Source of the DNA: Heptranchias perlo
Taxonomy: Eukaryota
Reading direction: 5' to 3'
DNA: 64,000 nt
NCBI RefSeq assembly: GCF_035084215.1
Contig: NC_090369.1
Span: forward strand, 1,550,001-1,614,000
Shown: positions 13,846 to 26,004 of the stretch, one piece after another
How positions within the stretch are numbered: position 1 is the stretch's first letter
How the letters are laid out: every line of letters starts with the position of its first letter
Notes under the pieces: model-generated
Database searches by the model: none
What the model saw: the letters and a program-made list of their open reading frames with translations, nothing else
What the model was told of the DNA's origin: nothing
Position numbers and translations under genes: made by a program

Positions 13846-14984
13846 CCGGCTCTGAATCCGGGGTTGACGTCCAGTGGGATACTCGTTTGTGAACTTTCAC
13901 ACTTCCGCCTGAAAGAGGCCTGCCATTTGGCACAGCTCGTGGACTGGGCTGGGGTGGGGTGGGGTGGGGGGGGGGCGTAGAAATCAGCCAGGGGGTCCCT
14001 GCTCCCGCCCACTACCCAGTAGCTGCTGCTGGAAAGTCCGCCCGGAGGCCCAGTGGGGAGACAGGATTGAGCTGGGCTACGATGCCCCCTGTAGTCGAAT
14101 ATCACAGCTGGTGCTCACCGCCCGGGCTGAATGGGAGGGTGGCCGCGGTGAGAGCAGGGTGATGGGTGGGAGCTGCCCCCTTCCCCCTCCCAAACCCCCC
14201 CCCCCCTTCCCCCTCCCAAATCCAGCCCACTCCCCCCCGGTTGGAATTTACCTTTCGCCTCTGGCATGTTGACCGGCCTGTGATCCAACTCCTGCTGCGT
14301 TCGGATTCTGCCCGTGTGATTCAGTGCGGGCGACTGCCTCCCCTCCTGAATTTATCACCGGACGCACGGGGCGGGGGGAGGGGCTGAGATTTGTAAAGAC
14401 AGAGAACTCTCCGGATGGAGCGCGTGCGTCTACGAGCGAGGGGCCCTATCCCAGCCCAGCCCGGCCCACAAAGAGTTCTGCCCAGTCGGCAGGGGGGATG
14501 TGCTGACGCCACAAGGGGTTCGTTTTAGGGACTCGCTGGCTGGGGACCTAATCCTACTTTTTTGTTCCGTTAATCCCAGGCTCAACGTTCGTCTGTTTTG
14601 GTCAATTGTCCTGACGGCGAGGGGAGCTTTGTGCCCCTTGACCTCTGACCTTTTCGGTGTTGACGCAGGTCACGGGGTATGGAGCTGTTCAAAACAGCTG
14701 GGAAGCTACTTTTTTCTTTCTCTCGGTTGGTTCCCTCTCCCCACCTCCCTCCCCCCCCCCCCCCCCCACCGCCCCAACCCCAGAACAAAATAGACCCTCT
14801 CCGAGACTCGGACACAGAAAACAGAGAGCCACACCTTCCCAGGCCTCCACAACATCTGTACCCCGTGCTCCACGGCTAGTACCCCTCCCTACAACTCATC
14901 CCTCCCGCCTCACCACCGACCCTCTCGATCGGACCTCCAACTCCTGCTCCGTCTCAGTTTCCACACATTCCACTCCCCTCGCCC

Positions 14985-15305
14985 CCCTCCCTATCTCTGT
15001 AACCTCCTCCAGCCCCTACACCCCTCCCAGATCTCTGCGCTCCTCCAATTCTGGCCTCTTGTCCACCCCCCCCCCCCGATTTCCATCGCTCCGCCATTGG
15101 CGGCCGTGCCTTCAGCTGCCTCGGCCCTAAGCTCTCGAATTCCCTACTTAAACCTCTCCCTCTCCTCCTTTAAGATGCTCCTTAAAGCCTACCTCTTTGT
15201 CACCTGTCCTTATGACTCTCCTTTGGCTCGGAGCTCATTTTTTTGCACATACCCCTGTGAAGAGCCTTAGGATATTTTGCTACATTAAAAGGCACTGTAT
15301 ACAGG
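14985..15305 (+). mobile_element. L2-like LINE 3' end
   Basis: Near-identical to 26640-26960 and 52740-53075. Confidence 0.7.
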
Positions 15306-15434
15306 TCGTAAGTTGGTCTAGACTGGAGTTGCAGAGGGGGTGTGACAGTAGGCCTCCGCATCCCTGGGTTAGGGAGGGGGAGAAACCAGCAGGGTTCCTG
15401 CACCTGATCACTGGTCAGCAAACCCTGCTGGAAA

Positions 15435-15908
15435 GTGTATGTTAGTGTCTGTCTGTACGTGTGTGTGCACGTGTTTACATCTGTGTGTGTGCATGTGTTT
15501 ATTTGTGTGTGCACGTTTATCTGTGTGCATATTACGTCTGTGTGTGCGCATTTACATCTGTGTGTACGTGATTACGTGTGCACGTCTGCATGTTTTATGT
15601 CTGCGTGCATGTTTACGTCTGTGTGTGCATGTGTTTTGAGTGTGTATCTGCATTAATGTGTGTGTGCATGTTTGTGACTGTCCGTGTGTGTGTTTGTGAC
15701 TGTCCATGTGTGTGCGCAAGTGTCTGTTCGTGTGCATACCTGTCTGTGTGTGCATTTGTGTACGTGGTGTGTGCTTGTGTGCGTATCTGTCCGTGTGCGT
15801 GTTTATGTCTGTCCATGTTTGTGTGCCCGTTTGTGTGCATGTGTCTGTGTGCGTGAGTGTGTTTGTGTACTTGTGTGTGTGTTTGTGTGCATGTGTCTGC
15901 TTGTGTGC
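15435..15908. repeat. Degenerate (TG)n-rich low-complexity tract
   Basis: Visible. Confidence 0.9.
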
Positions 15909-16389
15909 GGACATCGGCTGAGACCAGTGGTGGATTGCAACACGATGCCCTTCATAGTTGAACAGCCAGACGACACTCCCTCTCTGGGTTTGCACATGAA
16001 AAGCGGAGACTCGGGTGAGGCCCTGCGTGGTACCTGTGGAACCTGCACCCCCCGACGAGGGTGTGCGTTCAAGAGGAGAGGGGGTGGGAGGAGGAGAAGC
16101 AAAACTCCCACTGTGCCCAGACCATAATTATTTCTCACCAGATTGTTCACTCGGAGGACTTTCCCTTTAAAGATCCCCTCCCCGCTCGCCTCCTGGACCA
16201 ACGTTTGGTTACCTGAGACAGTTCGAAGGTCAAGGTGCCTGAAGTGGACTTGAACCCGTTACCTAGGCACACACCTGAGGTGAGTCAATCATTGATCCAG
16301 GAGGAAGGAAGCTGGCTGCACTCGCTCCCCCAGCTCTGGGACACGGCGGGAGCCTGAATCCGTCTCCGACCCCCACCTCCACTTTCGCA

Positions 16390-16459
16390 ATGAACTGGAA
16401 ACCGTTCAACTGCTCGCTCCCCGACGGGGAGATCCCACTGTCGGGCGACTTTTTTAAAG
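16390..16459 (+). CDS. OSTalpha/SLC51A-like, coding exon 1 (MNWKPFNCSLPDGEIPLSGDFFK)
   Basis: ATG in GCAATG context; AAG|gtgagc donor; phase 1 matches the acceptor at 18431; NCS glycosylation sequon near the N-terminus. Confidence 0.75.
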
Positions 16460-16499
16460 GTGAGCGGGCAGGGCGGCGGGTAAGGAACACGACTGCTTC

Positions 16500-17060
16500 C
16501 CGCCTGTATCAAACTGAAAATTCCATTCTGGGCACCGCACTTCAGGAAGGATGTCAAGGCCTTGGCGAGGGTGCAGAGCAGGTTTACTCGAATGGTACCG
16601 GGGATGAGGGACTTGAGTGATGTGTGGAGACTGGAGAATTTGGATTGTTCTCCTTAGAGCAGAGAAGGTTAAGGGGAGATTTGATCGAGGTGTTCAAAAT
16701 CATGAAGGGTTTTGATCGAGTAAATAAGGAGGAACTGTTTCCAGTGGCAGGAGGGTCGGTAACCAGAGGACACAGATTTAAGATAATCGGGAAGAGATCC
16801 GGGGCAGGCGGGGGAAGATGCTGAGAATTTATTTTATGCAGCGAGTTGTTCTGATCTGGAATTCGCTGCCTGAAAGGGCGGTGGAAGCAGATTCAATAAT
16901 AACTTTCAAAAAGGGAATTGGATAAATACTTGGATAGAATTTACAGGGCGACGGGGAAAGAGCCAGGGGGGAGTGGGACTAATTGGAGAGCTCTTTCAGA
17001 GAGCCGGCAAGGGCACGATGGGCCGAATGGCCTCCTTCTGTGCTATACGATTCTATGATG
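16500..17060 (+). mobile_element. CR1 LINE 3' fragment (RT C-terminus and 3' UTR)
   Basis: Encodes LFSLEQRRLRGDLIEVFKIMKG...TRGH. Confidence 0.85.
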
Positions 17061-17289
17061 CTATAAAGGAACAGCAGGTTCTGCCACGAGTCTACTGCGA
17101 GAGAGTGTCAATGGTGGCGTGATTCCCGACCGGCTGGTGGAGGGCCTGGGGATTCCCAGATATCCAGCGACGTTACTGTCAACCTGCATTTCCTCAAGGC
17201 CGATTTCACAGGCCTGGGAGTGGGTTCCTGGGGTGCTTTTTTTTAAAATGAGGTGGGCGGGCGTGTCTGAGGGAGATTCAGTAATAACA

Positions 17290-17692
17290 ATTGCATTTAT
17301 ACGATGCCTTTAACGTAGTAAAACATTCAAAGGCGCTTCACAGGAGCGATTATCAAACAAAATTTGACACCGAGCCATATAAGGAGATATTAGGACAGGT
17401 GACCAAAAGCTTGGTCAAAGAGGCAGGTTTTAAGGAGCGTCTTAAAGGAGGAGAGAGAGGCGGAGAGGTTTAGGGAGGGAATTCCAGAGCTTAGGGCCGA
17501 GGCAGCTGAAGGCACGGCCGCCAATGGCGGAGCGATGGGAATCGAGGGATGCGCAAGAGGCCGGAATTGGAGGAGCGCAGAGATCTGGGAGGGTCGTAGG
17601 GGCTGGAGGAGGTTACAGAGATAGGGAAGGGGGGGAAGACGAGGGCCATGGAGGGATTTGTACAGGAGGATGGAGAATTCTAAAATCGAGGA
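17290..17692 (-). mobile_element. L2-like LINE 3' end
   Basis: Reverse complement of the 26510-26960 repeat. Confidence 0.7.
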
Positions 17693-17954
17693 TGAGAAGG
17701 TAAGAAACGAAAAGGGGAGTGTCGTCCTTGCGAATAAATAACTCCCCCGGGGCTCTCACGGGGGAGGGGGGCTAAAGTGGGTGAAAGTGAGACACACAAA
17801 CTAGGAAGGGGCCTGATTTCAGCCCCCGCCTCTGCCGAGACAGGGGAATGGAGCAGGTAAGGATATACACCTGTCCTCTGTGGGGCAAGAGAGAATCAGA
17901 GCAAAGGGAAGTCCAGGACAAGGGGGCATAACCTTCTGGTCTCCCCTCTCCCAG

Positions 17955-18390
17955 AATACCACCGGGGCTAAAAGGGGTTAAATTACGAGGACAGGTTGCA
18001 CAGACTGGGCTTGTATTCCCTCAAGTATAGAAGATTAAGGGGTGATCTAATGGAGGGGTTTAAGATGATTAAAGGATTTGATAGGGTCGATAGAAACTAT
18101 TTCCTCTGGTGGGGGGAGTCCAGAACAAGGGGGAATAACCTTAAAATTAGAGCCAGGCCGTTCAGGGGTGATGTCAGGAAGCACTTCTTCACACAAAGGG
18201 GAGTGGAAATCTGGAACTCCCTCCCCCAAAAAAAGCTGTGGAGGCTGGGGGTCAATTGGAGCTTTCAAGACTGCGATCGATAGATTTTTGTTGGGTAAGG
18301 GTATCGAGGGATATGGAGCAAAGGCGGGTAAATGGGGTTAAGATACAGATCAGCCCTGATCTAATTGAACGGAGGAGCAGGCTCGAGGGG
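17955..18390 (+). mobile_element. CR1 LINE 3' fragment
   Basis: Encodes LGLYSLKYRRLRGDL...FFTQRGVEIWNSLP. Confidence 0.85.
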
Positions 18391-18430
18391 GTTTATTTCT
18401 CCCTCTCTCTCTCTGTGTTTTCTTTCTCAG

Positions 18431-18582
18431 CGATTGGGTCCGAGCTTTGGATATTCATCATTCCGGCCGTCATGACCTTGGTGATCCTGGTCCTCTTCTT
18501 GGAAGAGATGGGATTTTTCTTTCGGAATATCCGGAGCGATAAACGCAGGAGGCTGAACCTGTGGATCCTGGGAATCTATCCG
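18431..18582 (+). CDS. OSTalpha/SLC51A-like exon 2
   Basis: Boundaries ctcag|CG..CCG|gtgagg. Encodes IGSELWIFIIPAVMTLVILVLFLEEMGFFFRNIRSDKRRRLNLWILGIYP. Confidence 0.88.
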
Positions 18583-18634
18583 GTGAGGACATTAACCCCT
18601 TCTCGTGGTGTCAGGCTCCCCATGCTAACATTCA

Positions 18635-20978
18635 CCTCCCTCAGTCCCCCCTTCCCCCACCTCCCTCGGTCCCCACTTCCCCCTCCGCCCCCCCCTTCCC
18701 CCTCCGCCCTCGGTCCCCCCTTCCCCCTCCGCCCTCGGTCCCCCCTTCCCCCTTCCCCCTTCCCCCTCCGCCCTCGTCCCCCCTTCCCCCTCCGCCCTCG
18801 GTCCCCCCTTCCCCCTCCGCCCTCGGTCCCCCCTTCCCCCACCTCCCTCGGTCCCCCCCTTCCCCCACCTCCCTCGGTCCCCACTTCCCCCCCTTCCCCC
18901 TCTGTCCCCACTCCCCCTTCCCCCTCTGCCCCCCCTTCCCCCTCTGCCCCCCCTTCCCCCTCTGCCCCCCCTTCCCCACCTCCCTCGGTCCCCCCTTCCC
19001 CCTCCGCCCTCGGTCCCCCCTTCCCCCTCCGCCCTCGGTCCCCCCTTCCCCCTCCGCCCTCGGTCCCCCCTTCCCCCTCCGCCCTCGGTCCCCCCTTCCC
19101 CCTCCGCCCTCGGTCCCCCCCTTCCCCCTCCGCCCTCGGTCCCCCCTTCCCCCTCCGCCCTCGGTCCCCCCCTTCCCCCTCCGCCCTCGGTCCCCCCCTT
19201 CCCCCTCCGCCCTCGGTCCCCCCCTTCCCCCTCCGCCCTCGGTCCCCCCTTCCCCCTCCGCCCTCGGTCCCCCCTTCCCCCTCCGCCCCTCGGTCCCCCC
19301 TTCCCCCACCTCCCTCGGTCCCCCCCTTCCCCCACCTCCCTCAATCTGCCCTTCCCCCTCGGTCCCCCCTTCCCCCACCTCCCTCGGTCCCACCTCCCTC
19401 CGTCTCCCTTCCCCCACCTCCCTCAATCTGCCCTTCCCCCTCGGTCCCCCCTTCCCCCACCTCCCTCGGTCCTCCCTTCCCCCACCTCCCTCGGTCCCCC
19501 CCTCCGCCCTCGGTCCCCCCTTCCCCCACATCCCTCGGTCCCCCCTTCCCCCACCTCCCTCGGTCCCCCCTTCCCCCACCTCCCCCGGTCCCCCCTCGGT
19601 CCCCCCCTTCCCCCTCCGCCCTCGGTCCCCCCTTCCCCCTCCGCCCTCGGTCCCCCCTTCCCCCTCCGCCCTCGGTCCCCCCTTCCCCCTCCGCCCTCGG
19701 TCCCCCCTTCCCCCTCCGCCCTCCGCCCTCGGTCCCCCCTTCCCCCACCGCCCTCGGTCCCCCCTTCCCCCACCTCCCTCAATCTGCCCTTCCCCCTCGG
19801 TCCCCCCTTCCCCCACCTCCCTCGGTCCCACCTCCCTCGGTCTCCCCTTCCCCCACCTCCCTCAATCTGCCCTTCCCCCTCGGTCCCCCCCTTCCCCCAC
19901 ATCCCTCGGTCCCCCCTTCCCCCTCCGCCCTCGGTCCCCCCTTCCCCCACCTCCCTCGGTCCCCCCTTCCCCCACCTCCCCCGGTCCCCCCTTCCCCCAC
20001 CTCCCCCGGTCCCCCCTCGGTCCCCCCTTCCCCCTCCGCCCTCGGTCCCCCCTTCCCCCTCCGCCCTCGGTCCCCCCTTCCCCCCCTCCGCCCTCGGTCC
20101 CCCCTTCCCCCTCCGCCCTCGGTCCCCCCTTCCCCCTCCGCCCTCGGTCCCCCCTTCCCCCACCTCCCTCAATCTGCCCTCCCCCTCGGTCCCCCCCTTC
20201 CCCCACCTCCCTCGGTCCCACCTCCCTCGGTCCCCCCTTCCCCCTCCGCCCTCGGTCCCCCCTTCCCCCTCCGCCCTCGGTCCCCCCTCCGCCCTCGGTC
20301 CCCCCTCCGCCCTCGGTCCCCCCTCCGCCCTCGGTCCCCCTCCGCCCTCGGTCCCCCCTCCGCCCTCGGTCCCCCCTCCGCCCTCGGTCCCCCCTCCGCC
20401 CTCGGTCCCCCCCTTCCCCCTCCGCCCTCGGTCCCCCCTTCCCCTCCGCCCTCGGTCCCCCCTTCCCCCTCCGCCCTCGGTCCCCCCTTCCCCCTCCGCC
20501 CTCGGTCCCCCCCTTCCCCCTCCGCCCTCGGTCCCCCCTTCCCCCTCCGCCCTCGGTCCCCCCTTCCCCCTCCGCCCTCGGTCCCCCCTTCCCCCTCCGC
20601 CCTCGGTCCCCCCTTCCCCCTCCGCCCTCGGTCCCCCCTTCCCCCTCCGCCCTCGGTCTCCCCCTTCCCCCCACCTCCCTCAATCTGCCCTTCCCTCTCG
20701 GTCCCCCTTCCCCCACCTCCCTCGGTCCCACCTCCCTCGGTCTCCCCTTCCCCCACCTCCCTCAATCTGCCCTTCCCCCTCGGTCCCCCCCTTCCCCCAC
20801 CTCCTCGGTCCCCCCTTCCCCCTCCGCCCCCCCTTCCCCCACCTCCCTCGGTCCCCCCTTCCCCCACCTCCCCCGGTCCCCCCTTACCCCACCTTCCTCG
20901 GTCTCCCCATCCCTCACCTCCCCCAGTCCCCTCCTCCCTCAGTCTCCCCTTCCCCCACCTCCCTCAGTCTCCCCTCCC
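18635..20978. repeat. C-rich minisatellite of about 25 bp (CCCCCCTTCCCCCTCCGCCCTCGGT), intronic
   Basis: Visible; source of the spurious 928-aa and 813-aa ORFs. Confidence 0.97.
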
Positions 20979-21246
20979 TCCTACAATTTGCGGGCTTTTT
21001 AAACCCCATTTCCCCAATTGTTGACCCTCCTCTCTTCTCTTTTACCCTGGGGCGGGCCCTGCCCTCTGATTCCTGCCCCTCCAGCTAAACTTCTCAAGTA
21101 AGAAATATCCTTCCACCTGATGCGTGGCTGATGTTGCCATGGTTTCAAGAGGCATATGGACAGAGCGTTACTGATTAAATAGCATTTGGAGCTGAGAACC
21201 GCCAGGTATGGAGTGTGAGTAATCCTCCATTCTCTGTTTCTGTTAG

Positions 21247-21320
21247 GTGTTTGCGATAACCTCACTGGTCGGGATGTACATCCCCAGATCTGCCTCCCTC
21301 TGCAGCTTTGTGGCTTCGAT
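21247..21320 (+). CDS. OSTalpha/SLC51A-like exon 3
   Basis: Boundaries gttag|GTG..AT|gtaagt. Encodes VFAITSLVGMYIPRSASLCSFVAS, containing the family G..IPR motif. Confidence 0.88.
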
Positions 21321-21410
21321 GTAAGTATTGCAACTGGTCTCCCAGGGCTGATAAAACGCTCCTACTGAGTGGGACTAAGGGACATTTGTCACCTCTGTTC
21401 GCATTGTAAA

Positions 21411-22062
21411 CCAATGGACCAAACCCCTTCCCATTCACTCCCATTGTACACAATCCTAATGGACCAAACCTCTTCCCATTTAGTCCCATTGTACACAGTC
21501 CCAATGGACCAAACCCCTTCCCATTCACTCCCATTGTACACAATCCCAATGGACGAAACTCCTTCCCATTCACTCCCATTGTACACAATCCCAATGGATC
21601 AAATCCCTTCCCATTCACTCCCATTGTACACAGTCCCAATGGACCAAACCCCTTCCCATTCACTCCCATTGTACACAATCCTAATGGACCAAACCCCTTC
21701 CCATTCACTCCCATTGTACACAATCCCAATGAACCAAACCCCTTCCCATTCACTCCCATTGTACACAGTCCCAATGGACCAAACTCCTTCCCATTCACTC
21801 CCATTGTACACAATCCCAATGAACCAAACCCCTTCCCATTCACTCCCATTGTACACAGTCCCAATGGACCAAACTCCTTCCCATTCACTCCTATTATACA
21901 CAATCCCAATGAACCAAACCCCTTCCCATTCACTCCCATTGTACACAGTCCCAATGGACCAAACCCCTTCCCATTCACTCCCACTGTACACAATCCCAAT
22001 GAACCCAAACCCCTTCCCATTCACTCCCACTGTACACAATCTCAATGAACCAAACCCCTTCC
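21411..22062. repeat. 45-bp minisatellite (CCAATGGACCAAACCCCTTCCCATTCACTCCCATTGTACACAATC), about 14 copies
   Basis: Visible tandem unit. Confidence 0.97.
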
Positions 22063-22283
22063 CTTTGTGTCTTGGCACCTTGCTGGTCTGTAATTGGCTC
22101 TTTAGCAAGAGGAGATGGGATATGAGACTGGTCCAGTGGGGCCCAAACATGGATCTAAATGACATCACCAGCTGGAGGGGCTGAATGCCACTTCTCGTAT
22201 ACTTATGTACGTGTATGCCACTGTCTAATTGCTCCAGTTTCTGTACCAAGCATCTCTTTATAATCCAGTCCCTTTCTTTTCAG

Positions 22284-22439
22284 CTATCATTCCATAACTC
22301 TTTGGAAATTCCTGGGACTGATTACGGATTTCTTCGGTGGGAAGATGAGGATGCTGGAACAGTTGGCTGGGGAGGAGGTGTCGCCCAGTCCCTTCCCATG
22401 TTGCTGTTGCTGTTGCCTCCCGATGATCTCCGTCAACCA
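22284..22439 (+). CDS. OSTalpha/SLC51A-like exon 4 with the poly-cysteine motif
   Basis: Boundaries ttcag|C..CA|gtgagt. Encodes YHSITLWKFLGLITDFFGGKMRMLEQLAGEEVSPSPFPCCCCCCLP; the PCCCCC run is the OSTalpha signature. Confidence 0.92.
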
Positions 22440-22510
22440 GTGAGTTCCTTCGGAGAGAGGGGGGGGAGAGGGGGGAGAGCGGGGGGGCGACGGAGAGAGA
22501 GACAGTGGGA

Positions 22511-23408
22511 GAGGGAGAGAGCGCGCACGCGGGAGAGGGAGAGAGCGCGCACGCGACAGAGGGAGAGAGCGCGCACGCGACAGAGGGAGAGAGCGCGCAC
22601 GCGACAGAGGGAGAGAGCGCGCACGCGACAGAGGGAGAGAGCGCGCACGCGACAGAGGGAGAGAGCGCGCACGCGACAGAGGGAGAGAGCGCGCACGCGA
22701 CAGAGGGAGAGAGCGCGCACGCGACAGAGGGAGAGAGCGCGCACGCGACAGAGGGAGAGAGCGCGCACGCGACAGAGGGAGAGAGCGCGCACGCGACAGA
22801 GGGAGAGAGCGCGCACGCGACAGAGGGAGAGAGCGCGCACGCGACAGAGGGAGAGAGCGCGCACGCGACAGAGGGAGAGAGCGCGCACGCGACAGAGGGA
22901 GAGAGCGCGCACGCGACAGAGGGAGAGAGCGCGCACGCGACAGAGGGAGAGAGCGCGCACGCGACAGAGGGAGAGAGCGCGCACGCGACAGAGGGAGAGA
23001 GCGCGCACGCGACAGAGGGAGAGAGCGCGCACGCGACAGAGGGAGAGAGCGCGCACGCGACAGAGGGAGAGAGCGCGCACGCGACAGAGGGAGAGAGCGC
23101 GCACGCGACAGAGGGAGAGAGCGCGCACGCGACAGAGGGAGAGAGCGCGCACGCGACAGAGGGAGAGAGCGCGCACGCGACAGAGGGAGAGAGCGCGCAC
23201 GCGACAGAGGGAGAGAGCGCGCACGCGACAGAGGGAGAGAGCGCGCACGCGACAGAGGGAGAGAGCGCGCACGCGACAGAGGGAGAGAGCGCGCACGCGA
23301 CAGAGGGAGAGAGCGCGCACGCGACAGAGGGAGAGAGCGCGCACGCGACAGAGGGAGAGAGCGCGCACGCGACAGAGGGAGAGAGCGCGCACGCGACAGA
23401 GGGAGAGA
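22511..23408. repeat. 24-bp near-perfect minisatellite (GAGGGAGAGAGCGCGCACGCGACA), about 37 copies
   Basis: Visible tandem unit. Confidence 0.98.
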
Positions 23409-23559
23409 CAGTGAGATACAGAGAACATGGAGCAAGAGGAGACAGAGAGAAAGGGAGGGACAGGAAGAGAGAGACACAGAGAAAGGAGAGAGAGTGAGAA
23501 AAAGCGAGGGGAGAGTGAGAGAAGGAGTGAAAGTGAGGAAGAAGAGACTAGGAGGAGCG

Positions 23560-23825
23560 ACCAAAAGCTGGGTTGAAGAGGTGGATTTTAAGGAGGGTCT
23601 GAAAGGATTAGGGGGAGGTGGAGAGATTTAGGGAGGGAATTCCTAGGTGGCTGACGGTTTTGGATGAGCTGAATTTTACCAAGGGAGGAGGATGGGAGGC
23701 CGGCCAGGAGAGCATTGGAATAGTCGAGTCTGGGAGTAACAAAGGCATGGAGGAGGGTTTCAGCGGCAGATGAGCTGAAGCAGAGGCGGAGACGGGCGAT
23801 GTCACGGAGGTGGAAGTGGGCGGCC
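23560..23825 (-). mobile_element. L2-like LINE RT fragment
   Basis: Encodes AETLLHAFVTPRLDYSNALLAGLP. Confidence 0.8.
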
Positions 23826-23880
23826 AGACGTTTAACTTGGGGCCCCGAGGTGATGGCCATTTCCCCTTTCTCTTCCTGAG

Positions 23881-23992
23881 GTCGAACCTGAGGTGGATGA
23901 CAGCGGCTGTATTCCAGTTATCCGTCGTCAGGACGATTCTCTTCTTTGTCATGCTTGTGCTGTGGACAGACGAAAAGTACGATTATGGAGAC
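23881..23992 (+). CDS. OSTalpha/SLC51A-like exon 5
   Basis: Boundaries ttcctgag|G..GAC|gtgagt. Encodes SNLRWMTAAVFQLSVVRTILFFVMLVLWTDEKYDYGD; phases fit both neighbours. Confidence 0.88.
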
Positions 23993-24046
23993 GTGAGTAC
24001 CTTCTGCAAATCCCAGAGAGCTACCATCCTGCTTGATTTGTTTCTT

Positions 24047-24900
24047 ACTCCCAGGGCAGGTACAGCACGGGTTAGATACAGAGTAAAGCTCCCTCTACAC
24101 TGTCCCATCAAACACTCCCAGGGCAGGTACAGGGTTAGATACAGAGTAAAGCTCCCTCTACACTGTCCCATCAAACACTCCCAGGGCAGGTACAGGGTTA
24201 GATACAGAGTAAAGCTCCCTCTACACTGTCCCATCAAACACTCCCAGGGCAGGTACAGGGTTAGATACAGAGTAAAGCTCCCTCTACACTGTCCCATCAA
24301 ACACTCCCAGGGCAGGTACAGGGTTAGATACAGAGTAAAGCTCCCTCTACACTGTCCCATCAAACACTCCCAGGGCAGGTACAGGGTTAGATACAGAGTA
24401 AAGCTCCCTCTACACTGTCCCGTCAAACACTCCCAGGGCAGGTACAGGGTTAGATACAGAGTAAAGCTCCCTCTACACTGTCTCGTCAAACACTCCCAGG
24501 GCAGGTACAGGGTTAGATACAGAGTAAAGCTCCCTCTACACTGTCCCATCAAACACTCCCAGGGCAGGTACAGGGTTAGATACAGAGTAAAGCTCCCTCT
24601 ACACTGTCCCATCAAACACTCCCAGGGCAGGTACAGGGTTAGATACAGAGTAAAGCTCCCTCCACACTGTCCCATCAAACACTCCCAGGGCAGGTACAGG
24701 GTTAGATACAGAGTAAAGCTCCCTCTGCACTGTCCCATCAAACACTCCCAGGGCAGGTACAGGGTTAGATACAGAGTAAAGCTCCCTCTACACTGTCCCG
24801 TCAAACACTCCCAGGGCAGGTACAGGGTTAGATACAGAGTAAAGCTCCCTCTACACTGTCCCGTCAAACACTCCCAGGGCAGGTACAGCACGGGTTAGAT
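24047..24900 (-). repeat. 63-bp minisatellite array, about 13 copies
   Basis: Same family as 1-2472. Confidence 0.98.
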
Positions 24901-25502
24901 TTCAGCAGACAGGATGCAGAGAGGAGGAAAAGGATGTAGGACGGGTTTTGTTAAGATGAGAGAAAAGTTTAGAAGCTTAATGACTGCGGTGAATATAAAA
25001 TTAGGGAGATGAAAAGAGTGCAACAGAGAAAGAGGTGGCTAGTGATAAGAGAAGGTTCCGCTATCAGACAGCAGCAATTTGTATTTATTTGGTGTCTTCA
25101 AGATAAGGAAACATCCTGAGAAATTACAGGTGGGAGAGTGTGGGCACAAGTAGCAGAGGAAACTTCGGAGGGATTATCTAAGGGATGGTGAACAAGAGAG
25201 GAGACTGCTATTGGCAGAGAGAGACGTAGAGAGGCATAGAGGGTTAGGGAGGGAGTGCCAGAGTCCAGGGCCGAGGCAGCTGAAGGCACGGACACCAATG
25301 GGAGAGTTGCGAGGGTGGGAATGCAGAATCGGACATAAGGCTGGCAGAGGGGGTGAGGCGAGGCCAGGCCATGAGGGGATTGGACAAGGGGTATGAGATG
25401 GATGGGGTCAGAAGAGTCTCTTTGATATAGTTTGGGGCGGGGGGCAGCATCGAGATTTGTGCTTGATGGAGCTGGCAAGGCGAAGGCAGCTTTAGGATGG
25501 AA

Positions 25503-25932
25503 CGTAGGAACAGGAGGAGGCCATTCAGCCCCTCGTGCCTGTTCCGCCATTCAACTAGATCATGGTTGACCCGCCTTGGTTCCGTAACCCTAAATACCCA
25601 ACAAAAATCGATCAATCTCAGTTTTGAAATTTTCAATTGACCCCCAGCCTCAACAGCTTTTTGGGGGATTCCCACTCCCCTTTGTGTGACGAAGTGCTTC
25701 CAGGCATCACCCCTGAACGGCCTGGCTCTAATTTTAAGGTTATGCCCCCCTTGTTCTGGACTCCCCCCACCAGAGGAAATAGCTTCTCTCTCTCTCTACC
25801 CTATTGAATCCTATAATCATCTTAAACACCTCAATCAGATCACCCCTTAAACTTCTACACTCGAGGGAATACAAGCCTAGTCTACGCAACCTGTCCTCGT
25901 AATTTAACCCTTTTAGCCCCGGTATCATTCTG
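25503..25932 (-). mobile_element. CR1 LINE 3' fragment
   Basis: Encodes MIPGLKGLNYEDRLRRLGLYSLE.R.LRGDLIEVFK; inverted copy of the 17955-18390 family. Confidence 0.85.
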
Positions 25933-26004
25933 GAGAGAGGAGACTCTAACGGAGGGACGACAAAAAGCAGATGTCACATGTTGACATGTCTTTGCCCTTT
26001 CCAG

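Noticed and set aside
14668-14793. Possible terminal exon for the ClC gene after the acceptor-like ttgacgcag
   Set aside because: No resemblance to ClC linker or CBS2 sequence in any frame; unsupported.
18238-21024. 928-aa and 813-aa proline-rich ORFs
   Set aside because: They read through a C-rich minisatellite; only 18431-18582 is a real exon.
22185-23564. ORFs of 330-425 aa on both strands
   Set aside because: They are translations of the stop-free 24-bp repeat.
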